Shown here: positions 18,568-26,653 of the stretch, piece by piece
Numbering within the stretch: position 1 is the first letter of the stretch
How the letters are laid out: each line of letters begins with the position of its first letter
From: a virus
Lineage: Duplodnaviria > Caudoviricetes
Strand: one strand, 5' to 3'
DNA length: 64,000 nt
Virus record (IMG/VR): IMGVR_UViG_3300020050_012045
Location: 64,001 to 128,000 of that record
Translations under genes and position numbers: made by a program
Notes under the pieces: generated by a model
Databases searched by the model: none
Told to the model about the DNA's origin: nothing
The model's input: only the letters and a program-made list of their open reading frames with translations

Positions 18568-18825
18568 ATGAGTGTTCTGCTTTTTGCCCAATGGCTGATT
18601 CCGTTCGTGATACGGATTGCAATTGCATGTTGGGTTCTGGGGTGGGTAATTTACTCGTACCGTTGGATTAAATCATGGTGGAAACGAACAATTGAGGCTG
18701 AAAGGCGCTTATTGTCCGAAATTGAACAAGGATCTAGGGCTGCCACTGCTGTAATCATAGAAAAGACCAGACTCCTAAACGAAGCTATCTGGAAAAAGGA
18801 CGAGGATAAAAGTGACCAAAAATAG
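18568..18825 (+). CDS. membrane protein
   Basis: N-terminal TM helix; start re-called to leaderless ATG. Confidence 0.6.
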   Translation: MSVLLFAQWLIPFVIRIAIACWVLGWVIYSYRWIKSWWKRTIEAERRLLSEIEQGSRAATAVIIEKTRLLNEAIWKKDEDKSDQK

Positions 18826-19036
18826 AGATTTTAATAAATGGTTCAAAAAGACGTTTTACGAACTACCTCAGACCGAGGAGCAACAAGATCAGTTAATCCA
18901 AAAACTAATAGATGCAGAGGAATTGGTTGAAGATCTCAAGCAGTCCGTTGACAAAGAAAGTCAACTTCAATGTGCTTATGATTCGGCTTTACTTGTGTGG
19001 CAAATGGCCGATGAAAAAAAGAAAGGGGTCAAGTAG
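18812..19036 (+). CDS. hypothetical protein
   Basis: GAGG RBS with GTG start. Confidence 0.6.
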   Translation: MTKNRDFNKWFKKTFYELPQTEEQQDQLIQKLIDAEELVEDLKQSVDKESQLQCAYDSALLVWQMADEKKKGVK

Positions 19037-19282
19037 TTGGCTATCTCGGAATGGCGCATTGAGAGACTGGAAATGGACCTTCATACCGCTAAGCTGCATA
19101 TCGAGGAGGTGTCTGTTATTTTAGCAAGAGTGCTGCATGGGATTGAGCTGGATTGTGCCGTCAAGACGGCAGAAGGGATCGGTACAGTGGTCAAATTGGG
19201 CGTAAAGTCGTGTTGGGTGAAGTTGCCAACTGAACCTTATTCAAAGGAGATGCCGTATGTCGATGTCGAACCAATCAAGTAG
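19037..19282 (+). CDS. hypothetical protein
   Basis: ORF within the plus-strand island. Confidence 0.55.
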   Translation: MAISEWRIERLEMDLHTAKLHIEEVSVILARVLHGIELDCAVKTAEGIGTVVKLGVKSCWVKLPTEPYSKEMPYVDVEPIK

Positions 19283-19511
19283 GTGGCAAACAGTGATAGT
19301 TCCATTTCCAACCAAAGCCGGGGAACGATACATGATCCGAAACGTTGATCCGGTGTATGTAGAGATTCGCGGTCGCGAGCCGTTTTGGCTTCGGCAAGCT
19401 TGCAAGTTGGACTTGGTTGCGGTAAAGAACGACCTACCGCCTAACATTAGGCTGGTGGATGACCCATTAGTTTGGGTTATCCGTTCAATGAAGGATGACG
19501 CAAATGAGTAA
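19257..19511 (+). CDS. hypothetical protein
   Basis: AGGAG RBS. Confidence 0.55.
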   Translation: MSMSNQSSRWQTVIVPFPTKAGERYMIRNVDPVYVEIRGREPFWLRQACKLDLVAVKNDLPPNIRLVDDPLVWVIRSMKDDANE

Positions 19512-20043
19512 CCTGCCAGCCAAAGAATCCGCCGCCATCAACTTTACCGGCCCAGACGGCAAGGGATTCAGTCTGCCAATGCGAGACATCTGGCACTTAG
19601 AGTCACGTAAGGAGGAAATTTCTACCGTCAATCGCACCAGTGCCCCAGAGCTGATGCGGGCAATGGAAGACGGTTTCAGTAAGCTGGCTCCGATGTCAGC
19701 CACGATCAATTCCCAGCTGTCTAAAGCTGAAGCCATGCTAAAGCAGCGTGAAGCCGTGGTTTTGCTGGAAGTTGTCCCAGAGTACGAGAAGTCTCACGGT
19801 AAGATGTCTGCTGACCAGCGCAAGGCGTTAATTCTGGTTGATAAAGAGGTTCAGCGGGTCCAAGAGATTTACGACCAGTTGACAGCTCTAAACCGTCTGT
19901 TTCGTGACAAGATGGACGGCTTTCGGATGGCATTCAGTGCGGTTAAGAAGGTTTACGACGGCCTAAGCTCCTATGATGGCACTGGTGGACAGTTCGAGAC
20001 TAACAAGAAACCTGCTAAAGTACACACGTACGATCCGGAGTGA
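19504..20043 (+). CDS. helical protein, possible UvsY-like recombination mediator
   Basis: All-helical with weak resemblance to UvsY C-terminus; function tentative. Confidence 0.4.
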   Translation: MSNLPAKESAAINFTGPDGKGFSLPMRDIWHLESRKEEISTVNRTSAPELMRAMEDGFSKLAPMSATINSQLSKAEAMLKQREAVVLLEVVPEYEKSHGKMSADQRKALILVDKEVQRVQEIYDQLTALNRLFRDKMDGFRMAFSAVKKVYDGLSSYDGTGGQFETNKKPAKVHTYDPE

Positions 20044-20237
20044 GTATGATTGACGTTCAAGTAAAGTGGGCCGCCCGCCAGACCCTATGGTGGTACAATC
20101 TCGGAGGAACGAGCAGGACTAAGATGACGCCACTTTTCAGTCTCTCCAAAATGTACAGTCGCAAGTATCGGCGCACATTTTATGTCTTGCACATTGGGAG
20201 ACTTAGCGTTTACTTTTACAAAGAGGTAACCAAATGA
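20040..20237 (+). CDS. hypothetical protein
   Basis: Coupled ORF. Confidence 0.55.
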   Translation: MSMIDVQVKWAARQTLWWYNLGGTSRTKMTPLFSLSKMYSRKYRRTFYVLHIGRLSVYFYKEVTK

Positions 20238-20413
20238 GCAAGAAAATAAGATGGGTCGAGATGGAATTGGATGACGATGATACGCTGTGTGGGCTGGTAA
20301 ATGCCGTTAACCAGCTTCTGTCGGATCTTGATGAAGCTAACGATCGCATCAAATACCTTGAAGGCGAAGTCGAAACGCTGGATTATAAGAAAATGAATAG
20401 AGGGTACGAATGA
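20234..20413 (+). CDS. small coiled-coil protein (59 aa)
   Basis: GAGG RBS; ATGA overlaps at both ends; below the ORF-track cutoff. Confidence 0.55.
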   Translation: MSKKIRWVEMELDDDDTLCGLVNAVNQLLSDLDEANDRIKYLEGEVETLDYKKMNRGYE

Positions 20414-21417
20414 AACCGAATGTCATTTGCCAAACCATTTTCGGTTCCAGGCTGTACGGCACCAACACCCCAGAGTCCGACTGGGACTACAAGGGTATCT
20501 ACCTTCCAACCGCCGAGCAGATTCTTGACCAGGAAGTCCCTGGCACTTGGTCAGAGAAGACTAACCAGTCTGACAGTGGTCGCAAGTCTGGAGCTGAGGA
20601 CACTGAGACCGAGCTGTTCAGCTTGGGTAAGTTTTGCGAGCTGTTGTCTGAGGGTCAGCTAGTGTCCTTAGATCTGTACTTCTCCCCTGATTTAAGTCTA
20701 GCTGACAATGAGTTTGGTGACTATGTCACAAATACATTACTCTTAAACAAAGACAAGTTAATATCAAAAAACATAAAAGCAGGTGTTGGGTACGCCCGAG
20801 CCCAAGCATTTAAGTACAGCCTCAAGGGTGATCGCATCAAAGCTTTAGAGGGGATGCTAAGCAGCTTAGATGAAGCTGCCAAGGTTGTTGGCAAAAACAA
20901 TTCAGTCAAGTATAGCTATGGATACATCATCGAATCCCTCACCAGCGACCTGAGCGCAGCCGCATTGGCCCACATCAAGCCTATTCGCGACCCTCACACT
21001 CAAGAAACTACCTACATTGAGGTCTGTGGCCGCCAGTTTGGCTTGCATGACTCCTTGGCTACTGCCCATGAGAAGCTGAACAGTTACTATCAGTCGTACG
21101 GCCAGCGAGCCCACCAAGCCAAGGAAGATGGAAGCGATAGAAAGGCGTGGCTTCACGCGATACGTATTAGTAACCAACTGATCGAGCTTCTAACTACCGG
21201 CAACATCACCTTCCCACGCCCGGAAGCTGAGCTTCTTCTTAAGATCCGTCGCGGTGAGTTTTCTCAAGAGTACATTGGCGACCTCCTGAACGAGAAAATC
21301 GAGGAAGTTTACGAAGCCCAACGTAACTCCAAGCTTCCCGAAAAAGCTGACACCAAGTGGATTCGTGAATTTGTTCGTGGCGTTTACCGTGATATCGTGG
21401 TAGACTCAAGTAAGTGA
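20410..21417 (+). CDS. Pol-beta superfamily nucleotidyltransferase (T4 NrdC.11/RlaP-like)
   Basis: FGSRLYGTNTPESDWDYKGIY motif; KAWLHAIR and FPRPEAELLLKIRRG. Confidence 0.85.
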   Translation: MKPNVICQTIFGSRLYGTNTPESDWDYKGIYLPTAEQILDQEVPGTWSEKTNQSDSGRKSGAEDTETELFSLGKFCELLSEGQLVSLDLYFSPDLSLADNEFGDYVTNTLLLNKDKLISKNIKAGVGYARAQAFKYSLKGDRIKALEGMLSSLDEAAKVVGKNNSVKYSYGYIIESLTSDLSAAALAHIKPIRDPHTQETTYIEVCGRQFGLHDSLATAHEKLNSYYQSYGQRAHQAKEDGSDRKAWLHAIRISNQLIELLTTGNITFPRPEAELLLKIRRGEFSQEYIGDLLNEKIEEVYEAQRNSKLPEKADTKWIREFVRGVYRDIVVDSSK

Positions 21418-21426
21418 GGTGTCGGC

Positions 21427-21849
21427 ATGACAATAAATCGTAATGAAATTGAACAACAGATCAATTTCATGATGAGCATGATGCATTTTCTCACCACTCA
21501 AGGTATCAAGAACATGACCGCATGCTCTTGCTGTGATGGGATCTCAGTGACTCTTCCGGGTAACGTTGGGCTGAGCAACATCAACTTCATTGAACATCCA
21601 GATTGCTATGAATTCAAGCTCGACCTAGAACTTAGGCTCATCCCAGATGTTGCTCGTATTCAGTTTGTTTTCAACAAAGAGCAGACGACATGCAGAGTTG
21701 ATGGACTGTATGATGTTGAAGCAACTGATAACGGCTCCTATGCCGCTACGTTTAACCCATCAGGTGAGAAGTGCGCCAATGGATCGACCATGGTGGATGC
21801 TTTAGTGTCTCTTGCTTGTGTGATAGCCAAGGAGTGTGAAGATGAGTGA
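21427..21849 (+). CDS. hypothetical protein
   Basis: GAGG RBS. Confidence 0.65.
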   Translation: MTINRNEIEQQINFMMSMMHFLTTQGIKNMTACSCCDGISVTLPGNVGLSNINFIEHPDCYEFKLDLELRLIPDVARIQFVFNKEQTTCRVDGLYDVEATDNGSYAATFNPSGEKCANGSTMVDALVSLACVIAKECEDE

Positions 21850-22519
21850 AGAGAAACCAGCCAAATCCAAAGGCCAGCATTCCGCAATTGACAATCGTTG
21901 GTTAACACCTACCGACATTGTAGACTTAGCCCACAGATTGCTTGGAACAATCGATCTTGACCCAGCCTCAGAACCTGAGGCTAACGAGCTGATTAAGGCT
22001 AGCCGTATCATTACCGCCGAAGAAGACGGTTTGATCTCCTACTGGGGTGACGCCAGTCGTATTTTCTTGAATCCACCAGGTGGCACTCTGGATAAAGCCA
22101 AGTACCCTAAGCTCCACCGTAAGTATTTCTGCACTTCTTTGCCCCAAGCGTTCTTTAAGGTGGCGGTTGACCATCTGTGGTATCACAAAAAGCTTAACGA
22201 CAAGCACGGGACTGTTCTCCCAGGAACTTTGTTCTTTGTTGGGTTCAGCCTAGAGCAGCTCGCCACCCTGTCCAGAGACGAGGACTGTCGGGCGTTCATT
22301 GAGTCATCCAGTGTTTTCGTTCCGCCAGACCGTATTCGCTTTAAGCTCAGCAAGGAAGTCCTAGACTCCCTGTCCGAAGAAGACCGTAAGAAAAAGAAGA
22401 CTGCTAGTCCTTCTCACTCTAACTTCATTCTGGTTTGGTCAAATGAAAGACAAGTTTTGGATGAGCTAAAGAAGTTCTGTGATGAGACCAACTGGCTTAA
22501 ATTACAGGGCGTGCTGTAG
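21842..22519 (+). CDS. phage DNA N6-adenine methyltransferase-like protein
   Basis: WLTP, IDLDPAS, DGL..W and FLNPPG motifs. Confidence 0.75.
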   Translation: MSEEKPAKSKGQHSAIDNRWLTPTDIVDLAHRLLGTIDLDPASEPEANELIKASRIITAEEDGLISYWGDASRIFLNPPGGTLDKAKYPKLHRKYFCTSLPQAFFKVAVDHLWYHKKLNDKHGTVLPGTLFFVGFSLEQLATLSRDEDCRAFIESSSVFVPPDRIRFKLSKEVLDSLSEEDRKKKKTASPSHSNFILVWSNERQVLDELKKFCDETNWLKLQGVL

Positions 22520-22911
22520 TGGTGGCGAAATGGTTGGATTCAATCGAACCCATTAGCGTAGAGGTAGGTTACAGCGGCCACTTCCTGGATAGTTTCATCA
22601 CTTCCGTACGTGATTCACGGTGGTCATTGTACCCATACGGCTCAGGTGACCTAACCGAAGACCAGGTGGCTGAACTTAGTCGCGTGGTAACGTTGCACAT
22701 TCACGACTTGTTTTTCGGCCATCCTGTTAATCAATCAACCCCTTACATACGGACTGTTCTAGCGGTAGCAAACCAGGTGCTAGCGGCTGAAAACTGGCCA
22801 ATGAAGACTATCTACGGATCATCCTGCATTTTGGGAAAAGAAGTTGGTTTCGTTTTGCATGAGATTGATCGATCTGTAGTGCGAATTAAGCTTGCCTTTT
22901 TGCCCCAATGA
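22519..22911 (+). CDS. hypothetical protein
   Basis: Coupled ORF. Confidence 0.55.
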   Translation: MVAKWLDSIEPISVEVGYSGHFLDSFITSVRDSRWSLYPYGSGDLTEDQVAELSRVVTLHIHDLFFGHPVNQSTPYIRTVLAVANQVLAAENWPMKTIYGSSCILGKEVGFVLHEIDRSVVRIKLAFLPQ

Positions 22912-22929
22912 GTGTGACAAGGAGATGAA

Positions 22930-23172
22930 GTGACCAACCACACCTTAAACATCAATTTTGTTCCATCCGATACCCTAAGTGCTGAAGAGCTGGCACTGCA
23001 AGCGGAAGAAATCCGAAGTACCTTGCAGGCCGAGTATCCGGACATAGAAATCACAATCAGCATGAGTGAAGAAAAAACTCCCGCAAAAGAGTACCGCACG
23101 GTGGAGGAAATACTTTTTGACGCCTCAAAGGTCGCTGTTGGCCTTTTGACGTTAAGCAACTCAAAACCTTGA
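22930..23172 (+). CDS. hypothetical acidic protein
   Basis: AAGGAG RBS. Confidence 0.6.
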   Translation: MTNHTLNINFVPSDTLSAEELALQAEEIRSTLQAEYPDIEITISMSEEKTPAKEYRTVEEILFDASKVAVGLLTLSNSKP

Positions 23173-23197
23173 CCCTGCTCATAACCTGGCTTAGGCT
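23169..23197 (+). promoter_or_regulatory. sigma70-type promoter (leaderless)
   Basis: TTGACC-17-TAGGCT; ATG 6 nt downstream. Confidence 0.6.
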
Positions 23198-23203
23198 GAT
23201 ATC

Positions 23204-23464
23204 ATGTCAAACACACTATACGTCGTCACTTCTGGTTCCAAATGGACAGCTCACTATGTTCGGTTCATCTACGATACCCTCGACAAGGCTGTTAAAGGGG
23301 TTGAGGCTATGATAGCCAAGGGCGATTTGACAGACACTGTTATTGATATCAGGAAGACCACCCTTGGAGCCGACTACGAAAAAGCGGTCTTAGCTGCTAG
23401 CTGGGAGCGTCTTGGTCATGATCGCTGTGAATTTCCATACAAGTACGTAAAGGTGAGGCAATGA
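23204..23464 (+). CDS. hypothetical protein
   Basis: Directly downstream of promoter. Confidence 0.65.
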   Translation: MSNTLYVVTSGSKWTAHYVRFIYDTLDKAVKGVEAMIAKGDLTDTVIDIRKTTLGADYEKAVLAASWERLGHDRCEFPYKYVKVRQ

Positions 23465-23721
23465 AAACTCGCGACCTAAAAGAAAACATCTGGAAGAAAT
23501 ACACCTACCAAGTTCGTTGGTCAGCTGAAGACCAGGAATACGTTGGGCTGTGCGTAGAGATGCAGGGGCTGAGCTATCTGTCAGAGACCTTCTATGGTGC
23601 TATGAATGGAATAATCAGAGTCACGAAGGAGGCAGTAGAGTGGTTGTGCGAAGACGGAATTGACTTGCCACCGCCTATCGATTGGGATAAGACTATCCTC
23701 GTACCCAAGGAGACTAAATGA
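23461..23721 (+). CDS. HicB-like antitoxin domain protein
   Basis: YTYQVRWSAEDQEYVGLCVEMQGLSYL...EAVEWL..G..LPPP. Confidence 0.75.
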   Translation: MKTRDLKENIWKKYTYQVRWSAEDQEYVGLCVEMQGLSYLSETFYGAMNGIIRVTKEAVEWLCEDGIDLPPPIDWDKTILVPKETK

Positions 23722-23885
23722 AGCTGACTATCCGAAACGACCAGATTGAGACGTTAGTTAATGCTTTGCTGACCGCTGCCAGTGTATTGCACGAAATGGC
23801 GGGCAGCTCGCCGGAACATAACCAAGACATTGTCGAACTAGACGAGTTGATTGAATCACTTGAAGAACAAATGGAGAACCAATAA
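23718..23885 (+). CDS. small acidic helical protein
   Basis: AGGAG RBS; coupled at both ends. Confidence 0.55.
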   Translation: MKLTIRNDQIETLVNALLTAASVLHEMAGSSPEHNQDIVELDELIESLEEQMENQ

Positions 23886-24142
23886 TGGCCGTAGTAGCGC
23901 TTTCCACTTTGACCCCAGGGCAAACCTTTTCACTGACCGTTCAGATGGAGACCGCTGCATTGCGGTATATGAACCGAACGGTCAACTTCATCTTGATGGG
24001 AGACCCATCAGTTGACGCTGGATACCGAGTGGTGTTCAACCAAGAGATCCAGAAGTTCCAGGACATGGACGAAACCACCTTGGTAACCGAGACCGAGTTG
24101 GTGGCTGATGTTCAGGTCGGGTACGTTACGGAGACAACATGA
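23885..24142 (+). CDS. hypothetical protein
   Basis: TAATG coupling. Confidence 0.6.
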   Translation: MAVVALSTLTPGQTFSLTVQMETAALRYMNRTVNFILMGDPSVDAGYRVVFNQEIQKFQDMDETTLVTETELVADVQVGYVTETT

Positions 24143-24453
24143 GCAAACCTGATCCGAAACTAAAGACCAAGGACATTACTGAGCATAAGGTCTTGAATAG
24201 TGAGCCGATTGGCCCAGACGAAAAACCGTTCATGACCGTATATGGGCTCGCTTACTTACAGCCAGCCGGCAAGATGGTTTTGGTTGGTGAGATGCCGGTG
24301 ATCTTCAATGAGAAAGAGGCAGACCGCCTAGCTCGTGAGCTGAACAGACTAACCAGCGGTTCTCTGTTTGCGTCAGTAGCTTTGCGACTATTCCATCCAG
24401 AAAAACCAGCCAAGGCATTGACTCCCGCCAAGAAGCCCCGTAAACGTAAGTAA
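24139..24453 (+). CDS. hypothetical protein
   Basis: GGAG RBS; ATGA coupling. Confidence 0.6.
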   Translation: MSKPDPKLKTKDITEHKVLNSEPIGPDEKPFMTVYGLAYLQPAGKMVLVGEMPVIFNEKEADRLARELNRLTSGSLFASVALRLFHPEKPAKALTPAKKPRKRK

Positions 24454-24652
24454 TCCTACCATGAGGTGCTAGTTGGACTCCTTCGCTAACATCAAACCCG
24501 GCAGCTTGTTTTTCTACAATTCCACCCTCTGGACAAAAATTGAAGACAGTTCTGGCTGGAACGCCCAGAAACAACTGAGTTCAGGGGAGATGACCTACGC
24601 CCAGATAGAGGATGACGTTGTTGTAGATATCGTACTTGAGTGAATTTGGGAA

Positions 24653-24681
24653 TTGACAGCCAAGCCGAAATCCCGTACACG
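24653..24681 (+). promoter_or_regulatory. sigma70-type promoter (leaderless)
   Basis: TTGACA-17-TACACG; ATG 6 nt downstream. Confidence 0.55.
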
Positions 24682-24687
24682 TAAGGG

Positions 24688-25059
24688 ATGAGATACGACA
24701 CAAAGAAGAAGGTTGCCGCCCAAATCAAAACCCGGTTTAGCAAGGAGGGTGGCAAGTTACTTAAGCGCTATGGTGCTGATTACCAGAGCATGTACGGCGA
24801 TCTAGCTGAACTGGAAACGTTACTTTTTAACGTTAAAAACTACCTGCTAAATGATGATGTTGCGGACGTTGGTTTTGCCTTTGTAGGCGAAGACGAGTTT
24901 GGTGAGCCAGTGGCAATTCTTCAGATCGAAGCCGTACGTGAAGCGAATGAGCGAGAAATTGCTGAATACGAAGCTAAGGAAGCGACTCGCAACAGGGAGC
25001 TTCTTGAGAAGAAAGAAGCTGAGCTGGCGTTCCTTAAAACTCAATTAGGTGTCAAATGA
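24688..25059 (+). CDS. hypothetical protein, paralog of the next gene
   Basis: Shares YxADY..xYGxL, G.PV..L...A.R.A.E.EIAEY and KEAEL..LK..LG.K. Confidence 0.7.
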   Translation: MRYDTKKKVAAQIKTRFSKEGGKLLKRYGADYQSMYGDLAELETLLFNVKNYLLNDDVADVGFAFVGEDEFGEPVAILQIEAVREANEREIAEYEAKEATRNRELLEKKEAELAFLKTQLGVK

Positions 25060-25443
25060 AAACCCCCCACTCCAGAAAAAATCGCCCGTGACTTTCAAAC
25101 TTGCTACAGAACCAAAACCATCTACAGTGACGCCCTAGTGAAGGTCTACGAAGCTGACTTCTATCGTACCTTTGGCAGTCTCTCCCAGATTGAGGGATTT
25201 CTGTCCTTAATTAAGGAGTTCCTAGTTGGGGAGGGGGTAGGCCTTGACACGGTTATCTGCTCAATTGACGGCGACACCATGCATGGTGACCCTGTGGGGT
25301 TGCTGTCTGTGTATGCCGAACGACCAGCCACAGAACAGGAAGTGGCTGAATATAAAACACTGCTTGAGGTGAACAAACTGGCTCGGTTAAGGGCTAAGGA
25401 AGCTGAGCTTGATGCGCTCAAGCTGGAATTGGGGATCAAATGA
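25056..25443 (+). pseudogene. paralog split by a +1 frameshift near its 5' end
   Basis: ATG 25056 frame stops at 25089; paralogous sequence continues in the +1 frame after C6/A6 runs. Confidence 0.55.
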
Positions 25444-26108
25444 ACGATTTTCAAGCAGTCTTGATCGGGATTGTTCTTTTAGCTATCATGGCGCTAGTTG
25501 CATGGGTAACTCGTAAAACCCAAGAGCTTCCGGTAACCAACGTCGACAGCTCGGCTAAGACAGACGACTCTAAGATAGAGGTTGGGCTTCATTACGGAGC
25601 ACACAACGTTAGTATTCCGTACCAGACAGGCAACTGGCACAAAGTTCACTTGAGAGGTGGCTTCATTCCATTCACCAGCGTCAATGGTAAGCTTGACCCA
25701 CTCGAAGACTTGCTAAAGAAGCACCAAGCGGGGTTGGCAAAAACCTCACCCTTGGACTCTAAGGTTCTCCAAACGTTTATGGAAACCAGGTCTATCCGTA
25801 AGACGTCCGAGCAGTGTCACGTTCACACTAAGAGCGTGGCCAAGGTACTCAAGGACCACAACCTGTATCATTTGGTTAGTTTTGTTGTAATGACAGAACC
25901 GATTCGCAAAGACGTCCTCAGAAGTCTGCTTGCAAACAAAGATTTGTACGATAAAATTTACGATGCGTTTTACGGTCGCGACACCAACGAGCAGGTGGCA
26001 CAGGCCATGGGTGTACCCGAATCTACGATCGAGATGGTGTGGGATGCAATGTGCGAGGATCCCGTGCCGGAGCGTGAGGCGTTTTATGCAAGAAATGGGA
26101 TTAAGTAG
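25440..26108 (+). CDS. membrane-anchored protein with HTH-like segments
   Basis: N-terminal TM; SIRKTSEQCHVH and NEQVAQAMGVPESTI HTH-like motifs. Confidence 0.6.
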   Translation: MNDFQAVLIGIVLLAIMALVAWVTRKTQELPVTNVDSSAKTDDSKIEVGLHYGAHNVSIPYQTGNWHKVHLRGGFIPFTSVNGKLDPLEDLLKKHQAGLAKTSPLDSKVLQTFMETRSIRKTSEQCHVHTKSVAKVLKDHNLYHLVSFVVMTEPIRKDVLRSLLANKDLYDKIYDAFYGRDTNEQVAQAMGVPESTIEMVWDAMCEDPVPEREAFYARNGIK

Positions 26109-26140
26109 CCACTGCTGTATTAGCTGGGCGGTAAGGCAAG

Positions 26141-26629
26141 TTACTCAGCGGTATAGTTAACGTCGCCAACTGGGTTGGTTTGGACGCCAGACTCATCTTC
26201 GTAGGTCAAGCCAGTGATTTCAACAGACAGACGGCTCAAGTCGCGGACAGCGATGTTGAAGTTCTGGCTGGTAACCTTACCTTGCTTAACCGTCATGATG
26301 GATTGGCCAGGATTCTGACGGTCCATAATGACAATGGTCAGCTCGCGTTGGCCATTGATCAGGTCTTGCAACTTGGTCATACCACCAGCAGCACCGTAAG
26401 CACCGTCGTTGTATTTACGGTAACCACGCATGCTCAGCTGAACTGGGTTCATGTGCGTCAGAACGACTTCGCCGCCAGAGTGCAGACCGATGACGTATGG
26501 CACCTGAACGCCGTAGCTAACACTGACCGAGACGTCTTCAAAAATAGCCACTGGCTTGTCTGACTCCGCACCGTCCCCTTGAACGTATACGTAAGTGCGG
26601 CCACCGTGAATTGATCTAGTTCCTGCCAT
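26141..26629 (-). CDS. tail tube protein
   Basis: 162 aa beta-rich protein immediately downstream of the sheath. Confidence 0.75.
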   Translation of the reverse strand: MAGTRSIHGGRTYVYVQGDGAESDKPVAIFEDVSVSVSYGVQVPYVIGLHSGGEVVLTHMNPVQLSMRGYRKYNDGAYGAAGGMTKLQDLINGQRELTIVIMDRQNPGQSIMTVKQGKVTSQNFNIAVRDLSRLSVEITGLTYEDESGVQTNPVGDVNYTAE

Positions 26630-26653
26630 TTGATTCTCCTTCTAAGCCGTGGC

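Noticed and set aside
19010-19060. In-frame TAG between 18812..19036 and 19037..19282 as possible read-through
   Set aside because: AGGGG upstream of the TTG offers an RBS, so two adjacent genes is the simpler explanation
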